Shown in pieces: positions 8,952 through 19,200 of a stretch of DNA of 38,714 nt (positions within the stretch are counted from its first letter, which is position 1; every line of letters begins with the position of its first letter). Location: NCBI GenBank assembly GCA_949538025.1, contig CATISI010000210.1:1-38714 (forward strand). The letters run 5' to 3'. Made by a program: the position numbers and the translations under genes. The DNA is from Candidatus Poseidoniaceae archaeon. GTDB lineage: Archaea; Thermoplasmatota; Poseidoniia; Poseidoniales; Poseidoniaceae. The notes under the pieces are model-generated. The model did no database searches, was not told the DNA's origin, and saw only the letters and a program-made list of their open reading frames with translations.

Positions 8952-10439
8952 GTAAATCGCACCGTACTTTTCCTCAACGTACCGTAGGAAAGGTTCGCTC
9001 GAAGGAGGAGATCCTGTCGCCTCTTCAATCAAATCAGCAGGGAGAAGAGCACTTCCTCGCTTGTGAACTCGCTCTCGCAACCATGCGAGCATCGAGGACC
9101 AATCGCCTGATGCAATCGATTCTTGAATCGAGCCGAGATCGTCGCTCATCGCTTCCAGCAATTGTGCAGCATACAGATTTCCGAGAGTGTAGGTTGGGAA
9201 GTAGCCAAAGGCAGCCATCGACCAATGAATATCCTGCAAGCAACCCAAGTCGTCGGAGGGGACAGTGAGTCCGAACCAATCAGAAATCATCGAATTCCAA
9301 AGTTCAGGAAGTTGCTCGAGCGGGTAGTTCTCATTGAAGATTTTCTTTTCAATCTCATACCGCAACATGACGTGAAGATTGTACGTAACTTCATCGGCTT
9401 CAACGCGAATGAAACCAGGCTCAACTGCGTTTGCAATACGATTAAGCGTGGAAGAATCCCATGATGGAGCATCTGGGAATGATTCTTGGAATTCGTCCAT
9501 AACAACGTTCCAGAATTCTGGTGTTCGGCCGATTTGGTTCTCCCACAATCGAGATTGGGATTCGTGTACACCGAGTGAGACAGCATCACCACGTGGCGTA
9601 AATCGGTGATTGTCATCCAATCCTTGCTCGTAGAGAGCATGCCCTGTTTCGTGCATAACTGCATAGAGGCATGAGAATGGGTCGAGTTCATCGTAGCGGG
9701 TTGTAAAACGCGTATCTCCTGGCCAAATTCCAGCAGAGAATGGATGCGTTGAAGCATCCATGCGGCCTGCTGCAAAGTCGAAGCCCATTCGTTCGCTGAC
9801 TTTGCTGCAGAATGCTTCTTGCTTCTCCACTGGGAACGTCAATCCTTCTGGTAATGTTGGGTCAGGGTTTGATTGCTTGGCTACAAGAATCCGCTTGAGC
9901 AGTGGAACGAGCCGGCCACGCAGGCCCTCAAACAGTGGGTCGTAATCCTCGACGGTCATACCAGATTCGTATTCATCGAGAAGTGCATCGTAAGGTGTCT
10001 TCTCATAACCGTACGCATCGATTTTCTTACGAGTCAAATCCACAAGGGTTCGCAAATGTGGCAAAAAGGCGGCAAAATCAGCATCCTTTCGCGCATTTTG
10101 CCACGCAACCAACGCTTCACTTCGAGCTTGTGCAAATTCTGAAACAAACTCTGCAGAAAGTTTGGTTGCTTTATCGTAACGCTTCCTGAATTCCCGTACG
10201 TTGGCTCGCTCGCTCTCATCAAGATCGTTACGGTCTTCAAGCCGTCCAAGCAACTCGCCCATTTCAGAATCTGTAACTTTTTCATGAGCCAAAGCAGCAA
10301 GCCAAGCCATGATTTCACCTCGCGATTTCGCTCCTTTCTCTGGCATGAGGGTTTCTTGATCCCATCCAAGATGTCCTTGGATGCTTCCGATTCGATGGAT
10401 GTCTTGTACACGGTTCAAGAAGGAGGTTTTGTCGCTCAT
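8943..10439 (-). CDS. Carboxypeptidase, family M32 (Taq-type)
   Basis: HPF, DTRFTTRY, HETGHALYEQG, HESQSRLWEN, IRVEADEVTY, QDIHW and GYFPTYTLG motifs. Confidence 0.97.
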   Translation of the reverse strand: MSDKTSFLNRVQDIHRIGSIQGHLGWDQETLMPEKGAKSRGEIMAWLAALAHEKVTDSEMGELLGRLEDRNDLDESERANVREFRKRYDKATKLSAEFVSEFAQARSEALVAWQNARKDADFAAFLPHLRTLVDLTRKKIDAYGYEKTPYDALLDEYESGMTVEDYDPLFEGLRGRLVPLLKRILVAKQSNPDPTLPEGLTFPVEKQEAFCSKVSERMGFDFAAGRMDASTHPFSAGIWPGDTRFTTRYDELDPFSCLYAVMHETGHALYEQGLDDNHRFTPRGDAVSLGVHESQSRLWENQIGRTPEFWNVVMDEFQESFPDAPSWDSSTLNRIANAVEPGFIRVEADEVTYNLHVMLRYEIEKKIFNENYPLEQLPELWNSMISDWFGLTVPSDDLGCLQDIHWSMAAFGYFPTYTLGNLYAAQLLEAMSDDLGSIQESIASGDWSSMLAWLRERVHKRGSALLPADLIEEATGSPPSSEPFLRYVEEKYGAIYSL

Positions 10440-10535
10440 GTTTGCCGCTCAACATCGGTTCCTCATCAACACTCGTATCGTGCTCTTTGCTCGATTGTAG
10501 CCACACATTCAATATGGAGGAGTGTATGGGATACC

Positions 10536-11666
10536 ATGGTCCTTCCCTTTCGTCGAAAAGACAAGGGTGAGAAGGTGACTGCGAACGATGAAGACGAGGA
10601 CATCAATGCCCTTCTCAGTGCAGAATCGTTCGAGAACACACAACCAACGGAGCGCCTTCCGGAACCAACGACTGATGAAGAACGGCTGCATGCCATCTCA
10701 GACATGGTTATTCAAACATGCATGGACATTCGTCGTGGAGAAAACGTCCTCATCGTCTGTGACCCGACGACAGCTGAAATCGGTCAGTCGTTGCACATTG
10801 CAACACAGAAACGCTCCGATCGAGTTCTCCTTATCGTCATGCCGAAATCTCGCCACCATGGAGAAGAACCACCATCGCCTGTAGCATCATTGATGCGGCA
10901 ACAACAGGTCGTTATCGCAGCGACCAAGTATTCGCTTACCCACACGAGAGCTGCACGTCAAGCATTGAAAGATGGTGCTCGAATTGCTACAATGCCAGGC
11001 ATGACCTTTGAATTGTATACAGAAGGTGGGATGACAGCGGATTTCCAAGATGTCAAGCGCCGAATTTCCAACATTGCCAACTTCCTAAGGCGACGACGAA
11101 TCATCAACGTCAAATCTGAATCTGGAACTGATGTTACCTTTGAAGTAAATTGGCGTGATTGGAAACTCGATGATAATGGGATATGCAATCGTCCACGAAT
11201 GTTGACAAATCTTCCTGCTGGGAAGGTGTTCATTCTACCAAAAGAAGGAACCATGAATGGAACCATCGTTATCGATGGTTCTTGGGATTCGACACTGATT
11301 GATGAGCCTGTGGAGTTCATCGTGGAAGATGGAACCGTTGTCGATGTCAAAGGTGGAACCCTTGCTGCAACGATTCGTCAATCGTACGGCGAAGTTGCGA
11401 AGAAGCTCAAAGCAAAAGACCGGGAAAGTGTCTGGACAGTGGCCGAATTCGGGTTTGGAATGAATCCAAGTGCTCGACTTGTAGGAAACGTTCTCGAAGA
11501 TGAGAAGCGTATGGGTAGTTGCTACTTCTCGATTGGAGACAACACTGGCCTTGGTGGAACTTCAAATGCGGGGATTCACATTTCTGGCGTCCTCGCAAAA
11601 CCAAGCGTTTGGTTGGACGACTCGTGTTTGACCGAAAGTGGTGAATTCATCGCTGATCAGAATTAA
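10536..11666 (+). CDS. Aminopeptidase M29 / archaeal leucyl-aminopeptidase-like protein, probably catalytically degenerate
   Basis: GENVLIVCD, HGEEPP, SLTHT.AR, GARIATMPG, GTDVTF, NLPAG, AEFGFGMNP, VLEDEK and GDN..GG motifs; start moved to ATG 10536 to avoid overlap with the M32 gene. Confidence 0.8.
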   Translation: MVLPFRRKDKGEKVTANDEDEDINALLSAESFENTQPTERLPEPTTDEERLHAISDMVIQTCMDIRRGENVLIVCDPTTAEIGQSLHIATQKRSDRVLLIVMPKSRHHGEEPPSPVASLMRQQQVVIAATKYSLTHTRAARQALKDGARIATMPGMTFELYTEGGMTADFQDVKRRISNIANFLRRRRIINVKSESGTDVTFEVNWRDWKLDDNGICNRPRMLTNLPAGKVFILPKEGTMNGTIVIDGSWDSTLIDEPVEFIVEDGTVVDVKGGTLAATIRQSYGEVAKKLKAKDRESVWTVAEFGFGMNPSARLVGNVLEDEKRMGSCYFSIGDNTGLGGTSNAGIHISGVLAKPSVWLDDSCLTESGEFIADQN

Positions 11667-13180
11667 CGATGTGCACTCATGTTCATGTTCCCACAAATTG
11701 GACAGAAGCGCCAATTCGGGTCGAGACCAATCCCACATCCACGACAGTGAATTCCTGAACGAATCGTTGGTTGGATGTTCATGGCCGGTTGTTGAGGCAT
11801 CATTGGTTGTTGCATTGGTTGACGCATCGGTTGCTGTTGAGGAAGCGGTTGTTGCCAACCCATTTGTGGGGCAGCAACGCCCGGGGAGGTTGGTTGTTGC
11901 CGAACAGGTTGTTGTTGTGTAGGTTGCTGTTGTGCAGGCTGCTGAGACTGAATCGGTCTGCGAACTGGAGCAACTGGGCGGGGAAGTGATGACATCTTTT
12001 GAGCGGCTTCAGATGATACGAATTCGGAAAGAGAAACTTCTCCATCGCCGTCTGTATCTGCTGCAGTGTGCAACTCTTCGGCTTCCTCGATGGTGACGTT
12101 CGCCGCAACTGCGAGTTCTTCGACTGAGAGACTACCCGAATCATCAACATCTGCAGCGATGAAGCGTTCAGCATCGCTGACCCATTCCTCTTCTACTTGT
12201 TCTTCAGCAACGGGTTCAGGTTCGCTCACAACAGGTTCAAAGGGTTCAGGAAGGACTTCTTCAGCGGGTTCTGAAACAACTTCTGGCTCTGGTACAAGTT
12301 GGGAGCCGAATGCACCTGCAAAGGCATCCCGTGCTGCATGATCAACCTCGACTTCGTTCTTGAATCCTGTTTCCTCAAGTGGTTCCTCTTGGCTTGGAAG
12401 TGGGACGGAGTCGACAGCTGGAAGAGGTACGGACTCCGTTGGCAGAGGCACTGATTCAACCTCAGGTTCCGGGGCCGCAACCGCTGGTGTTGGTACAGAT
12501 TCTGAATCGGTTTGAGGTTCTGGTTCAACTGGAGCAGGTTCAGGTTCTCTTCGCTCGATGATTGTGCCCATCTCGATTTCAGCAGGTTGTGCCTGTTCGC
12601 CTGCAAAGAGCGGCATTGGGAGTGCATGTCCTGCAACATCGAGTGAAGATTTGAGTTCTTCAGCCATCGTCTGCATCTTCTCCAGATTGTCTGAAGGCGC
12701 TGCCATGATGGATTCGATTGATTGCAAGTATCGTTCGACCTCTACGTTTCCACCCGTTGCATAGGCAATGGCTAGGATTTTTAGGAACTGCATTGGGTCA
12801 AACAAAGGCGTGAGTGTTTGGAGAACATCCCCTGTAGCGAGAGGATGTGCTGTATTCGCTGCACCTGTCGAATCGGGTTGACCAGCAAATTGGAGCAAGG
12901 GGTCAGGAAGTGTCATAAGATTCAGATGTCCAAAAATCAAGAAGTAAATCTCACCGCCCTCACACTGCAACCGTTCGCTTGCAGCTTCAAAATCAAATTC
13001 GCCTGGACGAAGAATGATGTCAGCCAAATGCTCAAGTGCCTTTGATAACGCCTGTTTCGAATCCATCGACATCATTTGTTGAAGGACATCTGACGAATCG
13101 ACAACACCGAAGTAAGCCGCTGCATCATCTACCTCGATACCATCAGGAAGAGTTGCTCCTTCAGGTACACCTTCCGACAT
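11663..13180 (-). CDS. Cytoplasmic protein with Pro/Glu-rich linker, EF-hand pair, Gln/Pro-rich segment and C-terminal zinc ribbon
   Basis: EF loops DVDDSGSLSVEE and DTDGDGEVSLSE; CRGC..WRFCPICG; GGAGG SD before ATG 13180; no signal peptide or TM helix seen. Confidence 0.8.
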   Translation of the reverse strand: MSEGVPEGATLPDGIEVDDAAAYFGVVDSSDVLQQMMSMDSKQALSKALEHLADIILRPGEFDFEAASERLQCEGGEIYFLIFGHLNLMTLPDPLLQFAGQPDSTGAANTAHPLATGDVLQTLTPLFDPMQFLKILAIAYATGGNVEVERYLQSIESIMAAPSDNLEKMQTMAEELKSSLDVAGHALPMPLFAGEQAQPAEIEMGTIIERREPEPAPVEPEPQTDSESVPTPAVAAPEPEVESVPLPTESVPLPAVDSVPLPSQEEPLEETGFKNEVEVDHAARDAFAGAFGSQLVPEPEVVSEPAEEVLPEPFEPVVSEPEPVAEEQVEEEWVSDAERFIAADVDDSGSLSVEELAVAANVTIEEAEELHTAADTDGDGEVSLSEFVSSEAAQKMSSLPRPVAPVRRPIQSQQPAQQQPTQQQPVRQQPTSPGVAAPQMGWQQPLPQQQPMRQPMQQPMMPQQPAMNIQPTIRSGIHCRGCGIGLDPNWRFCPICGNMNMSAHR

Positions 13181-13237
13181 TTCTCTTCCTCCTATTTTCG
13201 CCAATCGCGTGTTGTTTTTGAGGTTGCTGTTAATCCT

Positions 13238-16200
13238 CTATTGTTGGTTTCGAGCCATATCGTAGATGGCTCTGGATTGTTGAGCGGACCAACCTGTGCC
13301 TTGAAGTTGCATCAAGAGGGTGCGCTCTTGCTCACCCTCACCGAGTTCACCGACCACCCATTCAACAGCAGCATCACGATCGTCTGCTTGCCATTCTTCG
13401 AAAAGAGACATGTCAACTTCAATTCGTGCACGTCGAACCTTCTTTTGTGGGCCTGTAGCCTCACTTGGTTCGGCTTCATCTGCCTTGGAAACAGGCGTTC
13501 TGCGAGCAGGTTTGGATGCAGGAGCGGGTTGTGTCTTTCCAGGCGATCCTCGACCGGGTGGACCGGACGATGGGGCTCGTGACCCTCCTGGTGGGCCTCG
13601 CTTGGGCCCAGATGGGCCTCTCGATGGAGGTGGGCCTCCAGAAGGACCTCCGGTAGAAGGTTGACTTTGAGGTGCAGGCGTCGAGCGGCTTGGCATCGGT
13701 TTGCTTTGGAACGAGGAGAAGAAATCGTCGTCATCGTCGTCATCATCGAAGAAATCGTCGTCATCGTCGTCATCATCAAAGTCATAACCACGGTTTCGAA
13801 GTCGCACAATCATCATAGTCAGGAGAAGTAAGACTACAATTCCACCAAGAATGCCACCAATGAACACAATTCCACCAAGAGCGCCATCGAAGACAGGAAT
13901 GATCCCAAGAAGATTGTTATCTCCATCGTCGGTTTTTGAAGCTGGCAGTGGACAACCATCTTCGTAGCCATCAGGTCCTTTCGGTTGTTCTGGACAATTG
14001 TCAAGCAAATCGCTGATCCCATCCTGATCGGTGTCTCGCTCACTCTTTGAGCAGCCTTCATCATCGACGTTTGTTGTTGGAGAATCTGGACACTTATCGG
14101 GTGTTGATGCGCCTTCAACGAAAATACCAGGCCATTCCGAATCTCTTGAAGCGTTCCAAGTGGGATCGCCCCAGTTGTCACCATATCCATCTCCGTCAGA
14201 ATCATTCCATTGTGTGGCGTCACCTGGGAATTTGTCGCGGCCAAATTCATCTGCCCAACCATCACCATCGTCAAGGCATCCAATCTCGAGAACATCGAGA
14301 GACGAAGAACCATTCACAGTAGGACAGAAGTCTGATTGGTTTGCACCTGGAACATACGTTCCTGCAAAACGTGGATTGATTGAGGAATTCATGGATACAT
14401 CAGGATAATTGTCTCCAAAACCATCTCCATCAATATCTGACCACTGAGTCTCATCCAATGGAAACGCATCGCCTTGTTGGTTAATTCTCAATCCTGTTTC
14501 CGGGTCGATATCGAAAGTGTATGCTCCAAAGTATCCATCCCCATCGATGTCCAGTTCCAGCAATCCTTCAACAAAACAACCCCTCGGAGTTACTGGTAGC
14601 CCCGGCTCAGTGTCTGGACATCCGTCGTTGTTGTTGGTGACTCCATCACCGTCATCATCCAACTGATTCGGAGCGCAACCGTTGGAATCAATGTTTCCTG
14701 GATTAACGATCCAAAAGATGTCCGTATCAGGACAGAGATCAACTGAGTTGTTTACTCCATCGTCATCGGAATCAAATGCATTTTGTAGTTCAGAGCATCC
14801 GTTTTCGTCTACTACGAAATTGATTTGAGTGTCTGGGCACAAATCATCTCCGTTGCTGACTCCATCTGAGTCATCATCAATTTGAAATTCTGAGCAACCA
14901 TTCCCATCAACAGTTTCGAACACCGGAGTTTCTGGACACAAATCTATGCCATCAAAAACGCCGTCTCCGTCCTCATCATCAGCACTCACAAGTGGACAAC
15001 CTTTGCCGTCTGTTCCGTCTTCAACACCAAACTGGAACGGACATTCATCAGCGTTGTTGCCTGTGGAATTATCACCAAATCCATCTCCATCGTAATCGAG
15101 GAATTGTGTCGGATCGAGTGGAAAATCATCATCTGTATTAGCCCAACCATCGTTATCACTGTCAGGACAGCCGGGAGTTGGGTTCATCGATGTTCCATAC
15201 ACGCCGGGACAACCATCGAGGACAAGTCCTTGGCCATTGGTTCCATTGTACGAAGAAGTCCAACGGTCAGGATAACCATCGCTATCGTTGTCGTCAGCTG
15301 CAGCAATGTTGTACGGGAAGAAATCAGGATTGGTTGCGCCGATGGTTCCGTTGTCTCCGTACCCGTCACCGTCCGTATCGGCCCACTGAGTTGGGTCATC
15401 TGGCCACTTGTCAGCGCCTTGGTCAATACCCCAATTGATTCCGCCGATGTTGTTTGCGTCACTCGCTCCATCGCCATCTGAATCAGGACAACCGTTGCGA
15501 TCACGGTAGGATGTTCCGTAGTCCCATGGACAATAGTCACCAGTTAACGTATCGGACTCGTTGTCACCGTATCCATCACCATCGAAGTCCTTGTATTGCC
15601 TTGGATTGTAAGGGAATTTATCACCTGGACTGGTTTCAACAGCACCAGATGGACCAAAGATAGCATCACAACAGTCAACACCGTAGTTGTCACCGATACC
15701 GTCTCCATCTGTATCTTTTGCTTGCTTCCAATTCTGTTGGAAACGGTCCCCATTCACCCAGGTGCCATCGTTGTTCGACCAGCCGTCCTCGTCGTAATCT
15801 GGACATCCGAATCGGTCATAGACAGAACGGCCTTTGTTGGTGTCGCACGAGTCGATGTCGTCTGCGAAGCCGTCTTGCTCATAGTCATCACATCCTTGCA
15901 AGAAGAAGTACGATATTCCTGAAGCAGCAGGACAATCGTCGGATAGTGGGCCTGTTGGGTTATCACCAAATCCATCCATGTCAGCATCTTCCCATTGTTC
16001 CCCAAGGTTCGGCATTGCATCAATGCGATCGAAGACGAGGTCACGGTCAGCATCTGCATAGAGTCGCAACATTTCGACATCCAGATCGAGCGTATCATAG
16101 TAACCGATTACGATTGTGCCGTTCGAATCAACAGAACTGGAGAAGTTGGTGTTTGTGAACACATTCTTCATTTCGTGCGAAGACCAAATGGAACGGTCCT

Positions 16201-19200
16201 CGCTTCGTCCATCCAGATGAAGGGTGTTGATGCGCAATGTGTTCGTTGTTGGCGTTGTTGTCATCAGTAGGACACCTGGTCCATTCGATACGAGACTCCA
16301 TGCCCCGCCAGCCTGTGAAAACAGTTGGCCACCGAAAGAGGACCAATGACCACTGCTGTTTCGTTCATACAAGGAATCCGTTGCGGATTGAACTGCAAAG
16401 ATGAGGGAAGAGCCATGCTGCGTACAGGAAAGATCGTTCCCAGTTGAGTGGCTGAGTTGTTGCATGGAAACGTTGGACCATGCCTCGGTTGTCGCATTTC
16501 GCTCGTGCACAACCAAAACACCGTTCGAGTCGAGTGAGAGAAGGGCAACGGTATGGTTTGTATCGATGCACATAGCCAATTGTGATGCTCCATCACTGAA
16601 GTTCGTGAGTGAAGTTGAAACATCGTTATCGATGTCAAGAATCTGCAGTTCGTGAACACCCGAGTTGTTGACGGTTGTTGCGACCAGTGTAGGGCCCGAT
16701 GGGACCTGCAGTGTAACGTGCTCGACACCCACTGCATCTCCACTCTCAAGTTCTGTGGCTGTTGACCACGTGCTTCCTGACTTGGTCACTCGCTCGAGTC
16801 GGTCAAGGTTCGAATCACGGTAAAGGATGTGCATGTCAGCGCCATCGAACCACAAGGATGGTGAAGACGAAAGGTTTGCGTTCGAGAAAATCTCACTGTG
16901 AGACCATCCCGATTCGGCCTCTGTGGAATAGTACATTTTCTCGATGGTTGGGTGAGAATACACCATGTGTAAATCACCATTGGCATCAATGGTAGATGCA
17001 GGATAGGTACCAAAGTCGTTGAATGTACGAACCTCTTGATGCAAGGAGGTCCACGATGTGGTCGTGTGATGTGTGTATCCAATCGCATTGTCGAGAACGA
17101 CCAATTTGGGTTGCCCAGAAGCAGAAACATCGAACTGGAATTGGAATGGCAAAGAATCTGTGGCTAATGTCTCCGTGACCCACGAGCCACCCGGAGAACC
17201 GTCATCGACATGCTCAAGATGAATCAAGGAATGAGATGATGAAGCATTGAGGGAGAACATCATGGCAGTCTCACCACGGTTTGATGTGGTCAGTTTGAGT
17301 CCTGACATTTTACCTTGGAACGTGAATTGGCTCGTATCGAAATCCTGCTTGCTCGCAGTGATCATGTCCACGCCATAGTCCGTGCCTCGAGTTGCATTTC
17401 GCGTCGAATACACGAATTCAATTGCACCGTCTGCATTCGAATCAAAGCCTCCTAGCGTAACAAGTCCAAGGTGATCGGTCGGACTTCCCGTTCGTATGGT
17501 TTCAACAGCTGTTGCAAAACCATCTGCTGACCCAAGATACAGATTGATTTGACCGGATGGGGTGAAACTTGTCCCTGAACCAATGAACGTGTCGGCATAA
17601 CCATCGTCGTTCACATCACCAGCAGGAGCAAACATCCAACCGAAGCGCTCGTTGCCCTCGCCTTGACTGGTCCAGTCAGGGATTTCGGAGAAGTTCTCCG
17701 AAGTGTTGCCCATGAACATGTGGACTGTACCGCTGTACAAAGGGGCTCCAGTTGGAGAGAATTCTTGAACAAGCAATTCATCCATTCCATCGTTGTTGAT
17801 GTCATCGATAATTTCAACAACCGTTCCAAACAATTGTCCTGAAGCCAAGCGTTGAATGCTTTTATCGGAACTTGATGAGAGTCCATCAACTGACCCATAA
17901 AACACCTCGATGGCTGAGAAGCCAACCGGCGAGTCTTCGGTTCCTGAATTTGAAACGACAACATCGCCGTAACCATCACCATTGAGGTCACCTCCGCTTG
18001 ACATCGAACGTCCAAAGAACGGGCCTGAGGTATTTGCAGTAATGTTGTGCGACAACGACAGTCCATCCGAGGAACCTTCAAACACAGACAATCGCCCTGT
18101 TGAGGTCTCGTCGCTCCAGTTGCCTTGGAGTGCGATGACATCATCATAGCCGTCACCATTGAGGTCATCAAGGAGAGAAACATCTGTGCCAAGCATTTCT
18201 TCGTGGTTTCCAGTTGTATTCCAAACAAGGTCAAACTGTGTTTGATTCCACTCATACATCGAGACACGCCCATGGTTCTGTTCACCAATTCTGCTTGTAT
18301 TATCAAAACCGGGCGATGAGAGGACAAGCTGTGTCATTCCATTTCCGAGGAACGACCCGATTACGATAGCGCTACCAAACAATTCAGATGTCTGGATGCC
18401 GCTCAGTACAACAGGTGCTGAGGAATCAAAACTTTCGTCTCCACCAAAGAGGACGGTAACACGACCGTTGTTGACCAAGCCACTGTCGGATGCAGTCGGC
18501 TGGGTAAATACGACATCATCGAATCCATCTTCGTTGAAATCGCCATATCCTGCAGCACCCTCTTTGACATCCGGATAGAGTTGATGGACATTCATGGATT
18601 CGCTCGAAAGTCGTCCAGTGGACTGGTCTTCGAGACTTTTGAAAATCGATAGTCCAGTTTGCGTGGAATCGAACGATGTCGTCGCAACTTGAGCAAGCCC
18701 GTTTAAATCGAGATCAAGCCCAATCGCTGAATGGACGCTGGAATCTCGAGCGAGAATCTGTTCCGTGCGTAGGTCTCCATCCACTTGCAGACGAACGGCT
18801 TCACCTGAACGAGTGTAAGCGATGTTTGCGACGCCATTTTGATCCATCTTCAATTCAATTTCATCACCAACTGGGCCAATGTCAAGAAGACTGTGATACC
18901 AACGCAATCCACTGTTGTTGACTTGCCATAATTCTCCAGAAGAGGTTCGAACAACGGCGAATTCATTGCCGTCTTCAGTGAGTCGAAGCGTCATTGATTC
19001 AGGGAATAGGTCTTCTACAATGGTCCGCTTAAGCCACGTATCCGTTGTGTAGACTTGTCCCTGAAAGGCCATACGAGCCATCTTGAGGTTGGCCCCGTCT
19101 CCAAACAAAGCCAATGGGCGGTAGGATTCATCGGCAACAACAGAACACCCAATGAGCCCGTGTGTGGTACTAACCGTATCGATGAGTGAATGTGAAAAAA

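Noticed and set aside
10284-10535. N-terminal extension of the 460-aa ORF overlapping the M32 gene
   Set aside because: Overlaps the opposite-strand gene by 156 bp and has no family-like sequence; ATG 10536 is more plausible
11770-11950. CAA/CAG-rich low-complexity tract as a non-coding repeat
   Set aside because: Encodes the Gln/Pro linker of the EF-hand protein; not a perfect DNA repeat
17611-18327. 238-aa alternative-frame ORF inside the giant protein gene
   Set aside because: Same frame-shift shadow effect of Asp/Gly-rich repeats
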